This document shows, one piece after another, positions 32,908-42,837 of a stretch of 60,171 nucleotides of DNA; within the stretch, counting starts at the first letter, position 1, and each line of letters starts with the position of its first letter. The position numbers were made by a program, and so were the translations under genes. Origin of the DNA: Parcubacteria group bacterium (GTDB taxonomy: Bacteria > Patescibacteriota > Minisyncoccia > Moranbacterales > UBA2206); the NCBI GenBank assembly GCA_041664225.1, contig JBAYLE010000005.1:1-60171 (forward strand), written 5' to 3'. The notes under the pieces were generated by a model. The model worked only from the letters and a program-made list of their open reading frames with translations, made no database searches and had not been told where the DNA came from.

Positions 32908-34167
32908 ATGCCCAAAGGAGACATAGTTGTGGGAATTGATGTCGGCTCATCACAAGTGAGAACTGTTATCGTACAATCTTTTCCTGAAGAAGAATTGCCG
33001 CGCGTCATTGGCGTGGGCGTGGCGTCTTCGGCGGGCCTACGTAAAGGCATGATTGTTGATTTGGAAGAAGCGATCAAGGCGGTCAATGAATCGGTGGAAA
33101 ACGCGGAAAGAAGCTCAGGCGTGGCCGTGAACAGCGCTGTGGTAAGTTTGGGCGGCAATCATATCAGCTCACAAAGCTCCAAAGGAGTGATTGCGGTTGG
33201 ACGTGCGGACGGTGAAGTGACCGAGGATGATATCGCGCGCGTAATCAACGCGGCTCAGGCGATTTCGGTTCCTGCCAACAAAGAGATAGTGCATATTATT
33301 CCGAAAAATTATTCTTTGGATGATCAAAAAAATATCAAGGATCCGTCAGGCATGAATGGGGTGCGCTTGGAAGTGGACGCGACCATCATTGAAGGCTCGA
33401 CTCCGGTTATCAAAAATCTGACCAAATGCGTGGAGCAAGCCGGCATCAAAATCGATGATTTTGTTTTAGCGCCGCTGGCCGCCGCGAAAGCCTGCCTTTC
33501 CAAAAGGCAAAGAGAACTGGGAGTTATTTTGGTGGACATCGGCGGCGGAACTACTTCGGTGGTTGTTTATGAAGAAAATGATCTGTTGCATACGGCTATT
33601 TTGCCGATCGGCGGCAACCATATTACTAACGACATTGCGATCGGACTGCGCACTTCAATTGATGTGGCCGAGCGGGTAAAAATCGAATACGGCAACGCGC
33701 TGCCGAGAGAAATTGGCAAAAAGGAAGACATAAATTTGTCCGAGATTGATTCACAGGAAGAGGGGATTGTTTCGCGCTATCATGTAGCCGAAATTATTGA
33801 AGCCAGACTTGAAGAAATTTTTAGCATGGTTAACAAGGAATTGCGGACGATCGGGCGGGACAAGCTGTTGCCAGCCGGCGTAATACTTACCGGCGGAACA
33901 GCCAAATTGCCAGGAGCGGTTGATTTGGCCAAAAACACTCTAGGACTTCCGGCGCAAACTGGCTTTCCGTCTCCATTGGGCGGTTTGGTGGATAAAGTTG
34001 ATGATCCTTCCTTTGCGACTGCGGTCGGACTGGTTTTATGGGGATTGGAAGGCTTGGCGAGCGGCCGGGGCGGCGGTATCGGCAACCGGCTGGTGGGCAG
34101 TATTACTGACAGCATGGGCGGCACGGTGGGCAGCATGAAAAAATGGCTGGGCAAGTTTTTGCCGTAA
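32908..34167 (+). CDS. ftsA: Cell-division protein FtsA
   Basis: Actin-fold motifs VGIDVGSS, VDIGGGTT, LTGGTAKLPG. Confidence 0.9.
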   Translation: MPKGDIVVGIDVGSSQVRTVIVQSFPEEELPRVIGVGVASSAGLRKGMIVDLEEAIKAVNESVENAERSSGVAVNSAVVSLGGNHISSQSSKGVIAVGRADGEVTEDDIARVINAAQAISVPANKEIVHIIPKNYSLDDQKNIKDPSGMNGVRLEVDATIIEGSTPVIKNLTKCVEQAGIKIDDFVLAPLAAAKACLSKRQRELGVILVDIGGGTTSVVVYEENDLLHTAILPIGGNHITNDIAIGLRTSIDVAERVKIEYGNALPREIGKKEDINLSEIDSQEEGIVSRYHVAEIIEARLEEIFSMVNKELRTIGRDKLLPAGVILTGGTAKLPGAVDLAKNTLGLPAQTGFPSPLGGLVDKVDDPSFATAVGLVLWGLEGLASGRGGGIGNRLVGSITDSMGGTVGSMKKWLGKFLP

Positions 34168-34406
34168 AAACGCCGTAAAATCACATTTGACATAATAGAC
34201 GGCGATATGATAGATTTAAGTACTGGAAAAAAGCCGATTTTACCAAGGAATCAGGCACGACTGGAAAACCAAAACGAAAACGAAAAACTCAAAATAAAAA
34301 TTTAAAGAGAGTGGCGAACAAAACAGTCGCGCGTTTAAATTTTTGTGTTTTGAGTTTATTTTTTTACTGAATTTTTTAAATTTTTTCAAAATTAGCAAAA
34401 AAACAT

Positions 34407-35612
34407 ATGGCAGAAATAAAACCACCCGTAGAAACTTTTGCGAGAATCAAAGTCGTTGGTGTTGGAGGATCAGGCGGAAACGCCATCAGCCGGATGATTG
34501 AAACCAAACTCAAAGGCGTTGAATTTGTGGCGATTAACACGGATGCGCAAGATTTGCATCACAACAAAGCTTCGGAGAAAGTGCACATCGGAAAAAATCT
34601 GACCAAAGGGTTGGGAGCCGGAATGAACCCAGACATCGGACGCCAGGCGGCTGAGGAAAATCGCGATGAAATCCAGGAAGTTTTGAAGGGGGCGGATATG
34701 GTTTTTGTAACTTGCGGTCTGGGCGGTGGCACAGGATCCGGCGCGGCGCCGATTGTAGCGGAAACTGCCAAAGAATTGGGAGCGCTTACCGTAGCGGTGG
34801 TGACCAAACCGTTTGCTTTTGAGGGCGCGCAAAGAAGAGCGATCGCCGATGAAGCTCTGGAAAATTTGCGGGAACGCGTGGACACCTTGATCACCATCCC
34901 AAATGATAAATTACTCCAGATTATCGACAAAAAAACGACTTTGATAAATTCCTTCAAGATTGTAGATGATGTTCTGCGTCAAGGTGTGCAGGGTATTTCT
35001 GACCTGATTACTAAGCCTGGCATCGTCAATGTGGACTTTGCGGACGTGCGGGCGATTATGTCGAACAGCGGTTCGGCTTTGATGGGCATCGGCATCGGCG
35101 GAGGAGAAAACCGCGCGGCCGACGCGGCCAAAGCAGCGATCAATAGTCCGCTTCTGGAACTTTCCATCGATGGCGCCAAGGGCGTGCTTTTCAATGTCAG
35201 CGGTTGCAGCGATCTAACAATGCTCGAAATCAATGAAGCGGCTAATATCATCACTGAATCAATTGACCCGAATGCGAAGGTTATTTTCGGCGCCGTGGTG
35301 GATGATTCAATCAAAAAAGGTGAAGTGCAGATTACGGTAGTGGCGACTGGTTTTGACGCGGAAAGAGTCAAGGAATCACCATTGGAAAAAATGTCGCGTA
35401 TGACGATTGAATCCAGGAGAAAAGAAGATGAGGAAGATAATCAAGAAATTTCAAAAATAACTTTTCCGGGCAAAAACGAGCCCAAGATGATTATTGAAGA
35501 AAAAGTGCCGCCAAAATCGCAGAGAACTTTCACGCAAGTGGATAAGGATTTGCAGGATGAAGATGATGAGTTGGAAATCCCAGCCTTTATCCGCAGGAAG
35601 ATGGGTAAATAA
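34407..35612 (+). CDS. ftsZ: Cell-division GTPase FtsZ
   Basis: GVGGSGGNA, GGGTGSGAAP tubulin signature, C-terminal DDELEIPAFIRRK peptide. Confidence 0.95.
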   Translation: MAEIKPPVETFARIKVVGVGGSGGNAISRMIETKLKGVEFVAINTDAQDLHHNKASEKVHIGKNLTKGLGAGMNPDIGRQAAEENRDEIQEVLKGADMVFVTCGLGGGTGSGAAPIVAETAKELGALTVAVVTKPFAFEGAQRRAIADEALENLRERVDTLITIPNDKLLQIIDKKTTLINSFKIVDDVLRQGVQGISDLITKPGIVNVDFADVRAIMSNSGSALMGIGIGGGENRAADAAKAAINSPLLELSIDGAKGVLFNVSGCSDLTMLEINEAANIITESIDPNAKVIFGAVVDDSIKKGEVQITVVATGFDAERVKESPLEKMSRMTIESRRKEDEEDNQEISKITFPGKNEPKMIIEEKVPPKSQRTFTQVDKDLQDEDDELEIPAFIRRKMGK

Positions 35613-35650
35613 GTTGTTCGTGAATTGGTGCTAATGTATTGTTTTATATA

Positions 35651-35675
35651 AAGCGGGGAAACCCGCTTTTTTTTA
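35651..35675 (+). terminator. Intrinsic terminator after ftsZ
   Basis: AGCGGGG-AAA-CCCGCT followed by T8. Confidence 0.8.
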
Positions 35676-35701
35676 ATGATGTATTGGTGTAAAATATACC
35701 C

Positions 35702-36943
35702 ATGGATAATATAAACAGGAAATTTCCGCAAGGTTTTTTGTGGGGCGTAGCCGCTTCGTCTTATCAGATCGAAGGCAATAATTCTAAATCTGATTGGTGG
35801 GAATGGGAAAAACAGGGGAGAGCGGACAATGAGTCCGGGCTGGCTTGCGATTACTGGAATCGTTATGAAAAAGATCATGATTTGCTTTCCGAGCTCGGCG
35901 TAAATATTTTTCGAACATCGATTGAATGGTCGCGGGTGGAACCGGAAGAGGGTGTTTTTTCCGAGGAGGCGATTGCGCACTATCGTGAAATTTTTCAAGA
36001 CTTGAAAAGGCGCAACATAAAAACACAGGTTACTTTGTGGTGGTGGACCAGTCCGATTTGGTTTCAAAAAAAATACGGCTGGCATAAAAAAGCTTCAGTC
36101 AAAATTTTTGCTGAATATGTGGAAAAAGTTACGCAGGAACTGGGGGATCTGATTGACATATTCACGGTTCTTAATGAGCCGATGGTACCCTTGGGGCAAG
36201 GTTTTTTGGCGGGCGTTTTTCCTCCCGGCTTTCGCAACCCGTGCAAATTTATCCGGGCAGTAAACAATGTCGCTCACGCATACAAAGAATCATATAAAAT
36301 AATTCATAAAATCAAGCCCGAAGCGCAAGTCGGCATAACCTACCTTTATAATTGGTATGAATCAGAAGGGTTTGGATTTTTGCTCAAGGCTATCAATAGG
36401 ATCGCGCAGTGGTACAGGATAGATCTGCTGGGCAATAAGATAAGGGGCTTTCAGGATTACATTGGTGTCAATTACTATCGCTTAGGTAAGATTAAATTTG
36501 ACCGAAAAAATATCAGAATGGATTCTCGAAACCAGATTTATTTAGGATTTACGATCGAAGAAGATAAAGAGAATGTGATGAAATGGATAACCTACCCGGA
36601 GGGAATTTATAAAGTGCTCAAAGAAGCCAGCGGAAAATTCAAGCTGCCGATCTATATCACGGAAAATGGCGGGCCGACCAGGGCGGGCCTTGAAGATGAA
36701 GATCGAATTAAATTTATTCAGGAGCACCTGGTTTTTGTCCATAAGGCGGTTGAGGAGGGGATTGATGTACGCGGTTACAATTTTTGGTCGCTGATGGATA
36801 ACTTGGAATGGCTGTATGGCTATGATCCGAAATTCGGGCTTATTGAGATGGATTATAAAACTTTGGAACGCAAACCGCGCAAGAGCTTTTATGCGTATAA
36901 AAAAATAATAAAAAATGGAAACGTCAATAATTATCAGGACTAA
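35702..36943 (+). CDS. Glycoside hydrolase family 1 (beta-glucosidase-like)
   Basis: FPQGFLWGVAASSYQIEGN, LNEP (acid/base Glu), ITENG (nucleophile Glu). Confidence 0.85.
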   Translation: MDNINRKFPQGFLWGVAASSYQIEGNNSKSDWWEWEKQGRADNESGLACDYWNRYEKDHDLLSELGVNIFRTSIEWSRVEPEEGVFSEEAIAHYREIFQDLKRRNIKTQVTLWWWTSPIWFQKKYGWHKKASVKIFAEYVEKVTQELGDLIDIFTVLNEPMVPLGQGFLAGVFPPGFRNPCKFIRAVNNVAHAYKESYKIIHKIKPEAQVGITYLYNWYESEGFGFLLKAINRIAQWYRIDLLGNKIRGFQDYIGVNYYRLGKIKFDRKNIRMDSRNQIYLGFTIEEDKENVMKWITYPEGIYKVLKEASGKFKLPIYITENGGPTRAGLEDEDRIKFIQEHLVFVHKAVEEGIDVRGYNFWSLMDNLEWLYGYDPKFGLIEMDYKTLERKPRKSFYAYKKIIKNGNVNNYQD

Positions 36944-37634
36944 AAACGAAGAAAAGTGGATTGGCGAAGTTTTAGAAAAGCTTTTTGATCAAACATATAA
37001 AGATTTCGAAATAATTATTGTGGATTCTGGTTCTATAGACATGACTCTTGAGATAGTTAAGAAGTATCCTGTCAGGCTATTTGAAATTAAGCCTGAAGAT
37101 TTCTCTTATCCATACGCGCTTAACTTTGGGTGCAGGCAAGCCAAAGCCGAAAAATATTTTCTTTTTTTGAGCGCTCACTCACTGCCCATTTCCAATACCT
37201 GGTTGCGAGATGGAATAAGCGGGTTCTCTGTGGGCAAAAATATTTTAGGAGTTTATGGAAATGTGCGCGCTCTTCCTGATGCAACAATCTGGGAAAAATT
37301 ATACTTTAACAGTTTTTGGGACAATATTTTTAATCTATTTAAGCGCAGAACAATATTTAAAAAATCAAAAATGGGAGTTCTGGGTTTTACTAACGCAATA
37401 ATTAGAAAGGATCTTTGGGAAAGGCGAGGCTTGAATGAAGATTATGGGGGCGGAGGTGAAGACGGAGAATGGTGTAAATATTGGATCAAGAAAGGATATG
37501 TGGCTGTTAGGGACCGTCGTTTTTCAGTGTGTCATTCGCATAGCCTGGGTTTAGTTGGTCTAATTAAGCAATTGAAGCACTGGAAAAGCAATACAAAGCC
37601 CAAGCCTTTCAAAAAACTGGAATATAGAAAATGA
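36915..37634 (+). CDS. Family 2 glycosyltransferase
   Basis: IIIRTKNEEKWI ... FEIIIVDSGSID, GT-A DxD context. Overlaps the GH1 3' end by 29 nt. Confidence 0.75.
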   Translation: METSIIIRTKNEEKWIGEVLEKLFDQTYKDFEIIIVDSGSIDMTLEIVKKYPVRLFEIKPEDFSYPYALNFGCRQAKAEKYFLFLSAHSLPISNTWLRDGISGFSVGKNILGVYGNVRALPDATIWEKLYFNSFWDNIFNLFKRRTIFKKSKMGVLGFTNAIIRKDLWERRGLNEDYGGGGEDGEWCKYWIKKGYVAVRDRRFSVCHSHSLGLVGLIKQLKHWKSNTKPKPFKKLEYRK

Positions 37635-38197
37635 TAATGAAAATTAAAAAAATCAGAATAAAGGACAAGGATTTTCATTATAGTTTGCGCAAAAAAAGAG
37701 GCATGCGATCGATGCGGCTGGCTATTTATCCAGACGGGGCCTTTGTGGTAACGGCACCAAAATGGTATCCGGCTTATATTATCAATAAGTTTCTGGCGGA
37801 AAAGGCCGAGTGGATCTATAATAAGCTACAGCATATCGATTTTGCGGAGCTGGAACTCAGGCAGAAAGCGGAAAAAAATGATTACCAGGCGCAAAAAGAG
37901 CTGGCGCGTGAAATAATTCAGAGCCGGGTGGAGTTTTTCAACCAATGCTATCAACTTGCTTATAATCGCGTTTCAATTAAAAATCAAAAATCTTGCTGGG
38001 GAAGCGCGAGCCGCAAGGGGAATCTTAATTTTAACTACAAGGTTGCTTTTTTGCCGGAAGAGTTGCGTGACTATGTTGTTGTCCATGAGCTTTGCCATTT
38101 ACTGGAGCTGAATCACGGCAAAAAATTTTGGGAGCTGGTTGCCAGAACAATTCCGCAGTATAAAAATATAAGACAAAAATTAAAAATTAAAAAATGA
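37631..38197 (+). CDS. YgjP-like (DUF45/M48-type) metal-dependent hydrolase
   Basis: HELCHLLELNHGKKFW zinc motif. ATGA overlap with the upstream gene. Confidence 0.75.
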   Translation: MIMKIKKIRIKDKDFHYSLRKKRGMRSMRLAIYPDGAFVVTAPKWYPAYIINKFLAEKAEWIYNKLQHIDFAELELRQKAEKNDYQAQKELAREIIQSRVEFFNQCYQLAYNRVSIKNQKSCWGSASRKGNLNFNYKVAFLPEELRDYVVVHELCHLLELNHGKKFWELVARTIPQYKNIRQKLKIKK

Positions 38198-39129
38198 ACT
38201 TTATTGTTATTGCCATCGTTTCATATTTTCTGGTCGCTCTCGAGATTATTCTTGACAAATTTCTGCTGACCTCCAAAAGGGTATCACACCCGGCGGTGTA
38301 TGCTTTTTATTCAGGTGTTTTGAGCTTGGGGGCGCTTTTGATTTTTGCGCCGTTTGGTTTTCACTGGATAAGTTTTTCCAGCGCAATTCTTTCTTTCTTG
38401 GCAGGTCTGATCTTCACTTATGGTATCCTCTGCCTTTTTTTTGCTATCAACAAGAGTGAGGCTAGCCAGGCGATACCGGTGGTTACGGCCATGACAGCGC
38501 TCATGACTTACTTCTTGTCACTTATTTTTTTGCATGAACATTTGCTGGGTCATCAACTGATCGGGGTGGCCACCTTGATTCTTGGCGGCCTTTTGATTTC
38601 TTTTGATCTGCCGCTGAAAATAAGCAAGCGGAAATTTTTTTCCGGTTTCTATTATTCAATCGGAGCCGGAGTTCTCTTGGCGGTTGCTTTCATTTCTTTC
38701 AAACATTTTTACGAACGAGACAATTTTTTGAACGTGTTTATTTGGACGCGCATCGGACTTTTCATCGGCGCCCTGACTCTTTTGGCCATACCCGCCTGGC
38801 GCCTGATTATTTCGAATTCTTTTACGGGACTCAAAAAGGATAAAAAAGAAAAAAAGGAGAATCTCAAAACAAGCGGGCTGTTTATCCTGAATAAGGCGTT
38901 GGGCGGAACCGGATCAATTCTAACCAATTGGGCCATATCTTTAGGCAGCGTTACTATCGTGAACGCGCTTGTTTCAACGGAATATGCCTTCATTCTTTTG
39001 ATGGGCATAATTTTTTCTGTCTGGTTTCCGCAGATTTTCCAAGAAAAGCGGGATGTAAAAAGCCTGATTGAAAAAATAGTGGCTATAATTTTGATCACGA
39101 CCGGGGTTGTCCTGATCTCTCTAAAATAA
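38194..39129 (+). CDS. Polytopic membrane protein, DMT/EamA-like transporter
   Basis: About 10 predicted TM helices in two halves. ATGA overlap upstream. Confidence 0.5.
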   Translation: MNFIVIAIVSYFLVALEIILDKFLLTSKRVSHPAVYAFYSGVLSLGALLIFAPFGFHWISFSSAILSFLAGLIFTYGILCLFFAINKSEASQAIPVVTAMTALMTYFLSLIFLHEHLLGHQLIGVATLILGGLLISFDLPLKISKRKFFSGFYYSIGAGVLLAVAFISFKHFYERDNFLNVFIWTRIGLFIGALTLLAIPAWRLIISNSFTGLKKDKKEKKENLKTSGLFILNKALGGTGSILTNWAISLGSVTIVNALVSTEYAFILLMGIIFSVWFPQIFQEKRDVKSLIEKIVAIILITTGVVLISLK

Positions 39130-39132
39130 AAA

Positions 39133-40158
39133 ATGACTATTATTAAAAATTTTTTCAAAGTACTGCTTGTGGCAGTTTCATTGATCATCTCTTTAATTAT
39201 CGGAATATTCATCTATTTTAACCTGCCAGTCAACGTAGCCAACGGCGATGCTAAACTGGGTGTGACATATTCCGCGAGATACGCAAAGGACATCGGTGTG
39301 GATTGGAAAGAAAATTATTTAGCTATCTTGGATGATCTTGGCATTAAAAAAATCAGAATTCCGGTTTATTGGGATCTGATTGAGCCAAAAGAGGGGGAGT
39401 ATAATTTTGATGATTTGGATTGGCAGTTGAATGAGGCGCGCCAAAGAGACGCAGAAATAATTCTGACGGTCGGGCAAAAGGTTCCGCGCTGGCCGGAATG
39501 TTTCATCCCCGACTGGACGAAAAATGATCCGGAGAAGAAAAACCCTGCCTTGCTTCGGATGGTTAATACGGTCGTGGAGAGATATAAAAATAATCCGGAA
39601 GTCAAATATTGGCAGGTTGAGAATGAGCCATTTTTGGATTTTGGAATTTGTCCCATTCCAGATACTGATTTATTGGGCAGTGAAGTGGCACTGGTTCGAA
39701 ATCTTGATCCATCTAGAAAAGTTATTGTTACAGACAGCGGCGAGTTGAGTTTATGGTACAAGGCGGCTTCATATGCGGATGTTTTCGGCACGACAATGTA
39801 TCGCACCATTTGGAAAGAAGGCTTCGGTTATTTTGACTATCCGATCGGACCCAGGTTTTTTCAAGCGAAGTTAGGGCTAGTTAATTTGATAAACAATAAA
39901 AATGAAGCGATTGTGGTTGAATTGCAGGCTGAGCCTTGGATCAATGGCTGGACGACCAGCGGTGAGCTTTCCGAGCAATTTAAATCCATGAACGCGCAAA
40001 AACTTCAGGAGAATGTCGAATTTGCCAGGAAAGTCGGTTTTCCAGAAATATATCTTTGGGGAGCAGAATGGTGGTATTGGCTGAAAACCACCCAAGACCA
40101 TCCGGAATTGTGGGACACGGCTAGAACTTTGTTTGACCAGAATAATGTGTTAAAATAA
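39133..40158 (+). CDS. Membrane-anchored TIM-barrel glycoside hydrolase (GH5/GH42-like)
   Basis: N-terminal TM. IRIPVYWDLIEPKEG ... WQVENEP (NEP acid/base motif) ... LQAEPW. Confidence 0.55.
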   Translation: MTIIKNFFKVLLVAVSLIISLIIGIFIYFNLPVNVANGDAKLGVTYSARYAKDIGVDWKENYLAILDDLGIKKIRIPVYWDLIEPKEGEYNFDDLDWQLNEARQRDAEIILTVGQKVPRWPECFIPDWTKNDPEKKNPALLRMVNTVVERYKNNPEVKYWQVENEPFLDFGICPIPDTDLLGSEVALVRNLDPSRKVIVTDSGELSLWYKAASYADVFGTTMYRTIWKEGFGYFDYPIGPRFFQAKLGLVNLINNKNEAIVVELQAEPWINGWTTSGELSEQFKSMNAQKLQENVEFARKVGFPEIYLWGAEWWYWLKTTQDHPELWDTARTLFDQNNVLK

Positions 40159-40230
40159 AAGTAGGTAGGCATGTATTTTTGTTCCTTGGTATATTTTATA
40201 AATTTTTATAAAAAATAGAGGGGAGGGATT

Positions 40231-40422
40231 ATGCTTCAGGACGAAAAAGATAAACCGTTAACTGTGGAAGGTGTTGTTGCGGAACTTGGTATCACCGAGG
40301 AAGAATATGCAACAAAAGTGCTTGAGGAGCAGAGTGCTCGCTTGGGAGAAGGGGTTTCTCCATACGAAATGATGATGAAAATCAGCGAAGTTTGCCGTAT
40401 GGAAAGGGCTATGGGAAGGTGA
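40231..40422 (+). CDS. Small acidic hypothetical protein
   Basis: SD GGGGAGGG 6 nt upstream and a terminator immediately downstream. No recognisable motif. Confidence 0.45.
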   Translation: MLQDEKDKPLTVEGVVAELGITEEEYATKVLEEQSARLGEGVSPYEMMMKISEVCRMERAMGR

Positions 40423-40432
40423 AAATGCTATT

Positions 40433-40465
40433 GAGAGGACAGACGCCTGTCCTCTCATATTTTTT
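40433..40465 (+). terminator. Intrinsic terminator
   Basis: GAGAGGACAG-ACGC-CTGTCCTCTC followed by ATATTTTTT. Confidence 0.8.
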
Positions 40466-40470
40466 AGACT

Positions 40471-41607
40471 ATGGCGGATAAAATAAAAAAATCAATAGAA
40501 ATATTTTTATTGCTGGTAATTATAGTACTGGGTGTTTTCGGCGTTATTTTGGTAATTCAAAATGAATATGCGGTTGCAAGCGCGGATATTTTTTTGGAGA
40601 AAAATCGAGATGTTGCTCCAGAGGAAGCGGTAGTAGTGGATTTGCCGATGGCGACTTGGTCGAAGAATTATGCGAATGAAGTGCGTATTGTTCCGGCCAT
40701 TGCAGTAAATTTTCAGTGGCAAGACAAGAAAAAACTGGCCATCACTCCCAAAAAATTCTGGATTCCGGAAACAGAATATAAAATTATTTTGCCGCAAGGC
40801 AGGACTGTTTTATTGTCTAAAATAGAGGGAAACGAATTAATTTTTAAAACGGTGAGATTTCCGCGGGTCACAAGTATATCTCCAAATGACGGGGCCAAGG
40901 ATTCGATTGTGGATGCCGAGAGCCCGATTATCGTTGATTTTGATAAATCAACCAGCGGTTTTTTCATTAATTTTGTCTTAGATCCGCAGAGTACGGTTGT
41001 TTATCAGCATAATCCAGAAAAAACTGAGTTTAAACTACTCCCGAAAGAAAATGTGCAAGACGGTCAGCGCTATGAGATAAAAATTTACGCTAAATATGCA
41101 AAGGCTGATGACACTAGCTATTTTGAAATTTTCAAAAGCAGTTTTGAGACATTTGTGCCGGCCAACATTGTTTGGGATAAGGATTTTAGCATAAGATTAA
41201 CACAGGCTCACAGATTTACTCGGCCACTGGTAGCTATTGGTAAATATATTGACATCAACCTAGCAAATCAGGTAATGACTATTTTTCAGGATGGAAAACC
41301 TCTAGATTCTTTCATGATTTCTTCCGGCAAGGCAGGTATGCCGACGCCGAAAGGAACTTTCGAAATAGAGAATAAAACTCCGCGTGCTTGGTCTAAGGAA
41401 TATGGTTTGTATATGCCATACTGGAACGCTTTGGTGCCTAGCGGAAAATATGGTATTCATGAGTTGCCGGAATGGCCAGGGGGATATAAAGAAGGCGCTA
41501 ATCATTTGGGCACTCCGGTTTCGCATGGCTGTGTCCGGTTGGGTGTCGGTCCGGCCAAAATTGTCTATGACTGGGCGCCGATTGGCACGCCTGTCGTCAT
41601 ACATTAG
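40471..41607 (+). CDS. L,D-transpeptidase (YkuD domain) with N-terminal TM and Ig-like region
   Basis: C-terminal GIHELP ... SHGCVRL catalytic motif. Confidence 0.85.
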   Translation: MADKIKKSIEIFLLLVIIVLGVFGVILVIQNEYAVASADIFLEKNRDVAPEEAVVVDLPMATWSKNYANEVRIVPAIAVNFQWQDKKKLAITPKKFWIPETEYKIILPQGRTVLLSKIEGNELIFKTVRFPRVTSISPNDGAKDSIVDAESPIIVDFDKSTSGFFINFVLDPQSTVVYQHNPEKTEFKLLPKENVQDGQRYEIKIYAKYAKADDTSYFEIFKSSFETFVPANIVWDKDFSIRLTQAHRFTRPLVAIGKYIDINLANQVMTIFQDGKPLDSFMISSGKAGMPTPKGTFEIENKTPRAWSKEYGLYMPYWNALVPSGKYGIHELPEWPGGYKEGANHLGTPVSHGCVRLGVGPAKIVYDWAPIGTPVVIH

Positions 41608-41656
41608 TTCTTGGTTTATAGTCTATAGTTCTTGGTAATTAATTTGCAAATCCTGT

Positions 41657-42481
41657 ATGGCTAAATTTTCAAAATACCTATATATTATCAGCGCGCTAGC
41701 AATTATTATTGGCGGCTTTTTTGTTTTATCCAAAAAAAGCGCGGAGGCGCCGGTTGGAGAAAAGACCCAAATCCTGCAGGATTTGCCGGTGGGTAATAAT
41801 GCCAAGGAAGAAACAAATGCGCCAGCGCCTGCCTCGACTAGCAGAGACGCAACGCCTCTGCGAGGCGGGGAAAATATTTTGCCGGAAAAGAATAAAGATG
41901 GTGAAAAAAATATTCCCGATAAAATTTTAATCAAGGTTCCCTTCACAACGCAAGCGCCGTTTGCCAATTGGGACATGCTGCATGAAGAATCTTGTGAAGA
42001 AGCATCACTTATCATGCTCAAATATTATTTGGACAAAAAACCGCTGACGCCGGATATCGCCGAAAAAGAAATTCAAAAGATGGTAAAGTTTGAAATCAAA
42101 AATTATGGCGATTATAAAGATACGACTGCTAGCGAAACTGTGAAACTGGCCGAAGATTTTTACAAAATCGGTAATCTGAAAGTAGTTTATGATTTTCAAA
42201 AAGAAGATTTGAAAAAACACTTGGCCAAAGGCAATCCCGTAATCGTGCCGGCGGCAGGGAGACTCTTGGGTAATCCCAATTTTACTGCGCCGGGACCACT
42301 ATATCACAACTTGGTTCTGGTTGGGTATGATGGAAACACTGTAATTACCAATGACCCTGGCACGCGCAAGGGTCAAGGATATATCTACAATATTGATGTT
42401 TTGTACAATGCCATTCATGATTTTCCTGGCAGGCCGGAAAACATAAATCAGGGCAGGAAAGCGATGATTGTTTTAGAATAA
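41657..42481 (+). CDS. Membrane-anchored C39-like cysteine peptidase domain protein
   Basis: VPFTTQAPFANWDMLHEESCEEASLIM, then HNLVLVGYDG (Cys/His dyad context of Peptidase_C39_2-like proteins). Confidence 0.6.
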   Translation: MAKFSKYLYIISALAIIIGGFFVLSKKSAEAPVGEKTQILQDLPVGNNAKEETNAPAPASTSRDATPLRGGENILPEKNKDGEKNIPDKILIKVPFTTQAPFANWDMLHEESCEEASLIMLKYYLDKKPLTPDIAEKEIQKMVKFEIKNYGDYKDTTASETVKLAEDFYKIGNLKVVYDFQKEDLKKHLAKGNPVIVPAAGRLLGNPNFTAPGPLYHNLVLVGYDGNTVITNDPGTRKGQGYIYNIDVLYNAIHDFPGRPENINQGRKAMIVLE

Positions 42482-42560
42482 CCATTTTTATGGTATTATT
42501 TAAGTAGAAAATAAAAAACAATCCGGATAGGGGCGGGTGGCTAGAAAGCGGGGTGTTATT

Positions 42561-42764
42561 ATGAAAAACAAGGAAAATTTATCAAAAATCGCTATGGCCC
42601 TTTCTGTTGTCGCGGTTGTATTGGCTGCAATTGATACTTTAGCTGGAACTGACGTGTTGGGATTGGCCGGAACGCAATGGATTTTGGTTGGCATTGTTAT
42701 GGCGATTTATGCCGTATATCTCGGAACTTGCAGTTGCGGATGCTGCACTGACAAAAAAGAATAA
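42561..42764 (+). CDS. Small two-TM membrane protein with Cys-cluster tail (CSCGCC)
   Basis: Hydrophobic segments IAMALSVVAVVLAAI and WILVGIVMAIYAVYL. Tail GTCSCGCCTDKKE. The alternative GTG start is at 42537. Confidence 0.5.
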   Translation: MKNKENLSKIAMALSVVAVVLAAIDTLAGTDVLGLAGTQWILVGIVMAIYAVYLGTCSCGCCTDKKE

Positions 42765-42778
42765 TTTTGAAGAGTAAG

Positions 42779-42829
42779 AAGAGGTTCGACCTCTTTTGGT
42801 CGTTGCGGTCGAGAGAGGTCGAACCTCTA
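42779..42829 (+). terminator. Pair of mutually reverse-complementary mini-hairpins (AGAGGTTCGACCTCT / AGAGGTCGAACCTCT)
   Basis: Each unit is self-complementary, and the two units are exact reverse complements about 18 nt apart. The first is followed by TTTT. Confidence 0.5.
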
Positions 42830-42837
42830 GATTAATA

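Noticed and set aside
35441-36085. 214-aa minus-strand ORF
   Set aside because: It spans the ftsZ 3' end, a terminator and the GH1 5' end on the opposite strand, so it is not plausible.
42779-42829. GGTTCGA-containing sequence as a tRNA fragment or att site
   Set aside because: There is no cloverleaf context. The motif is part of a 15-nt self-complementary hairpin pair.
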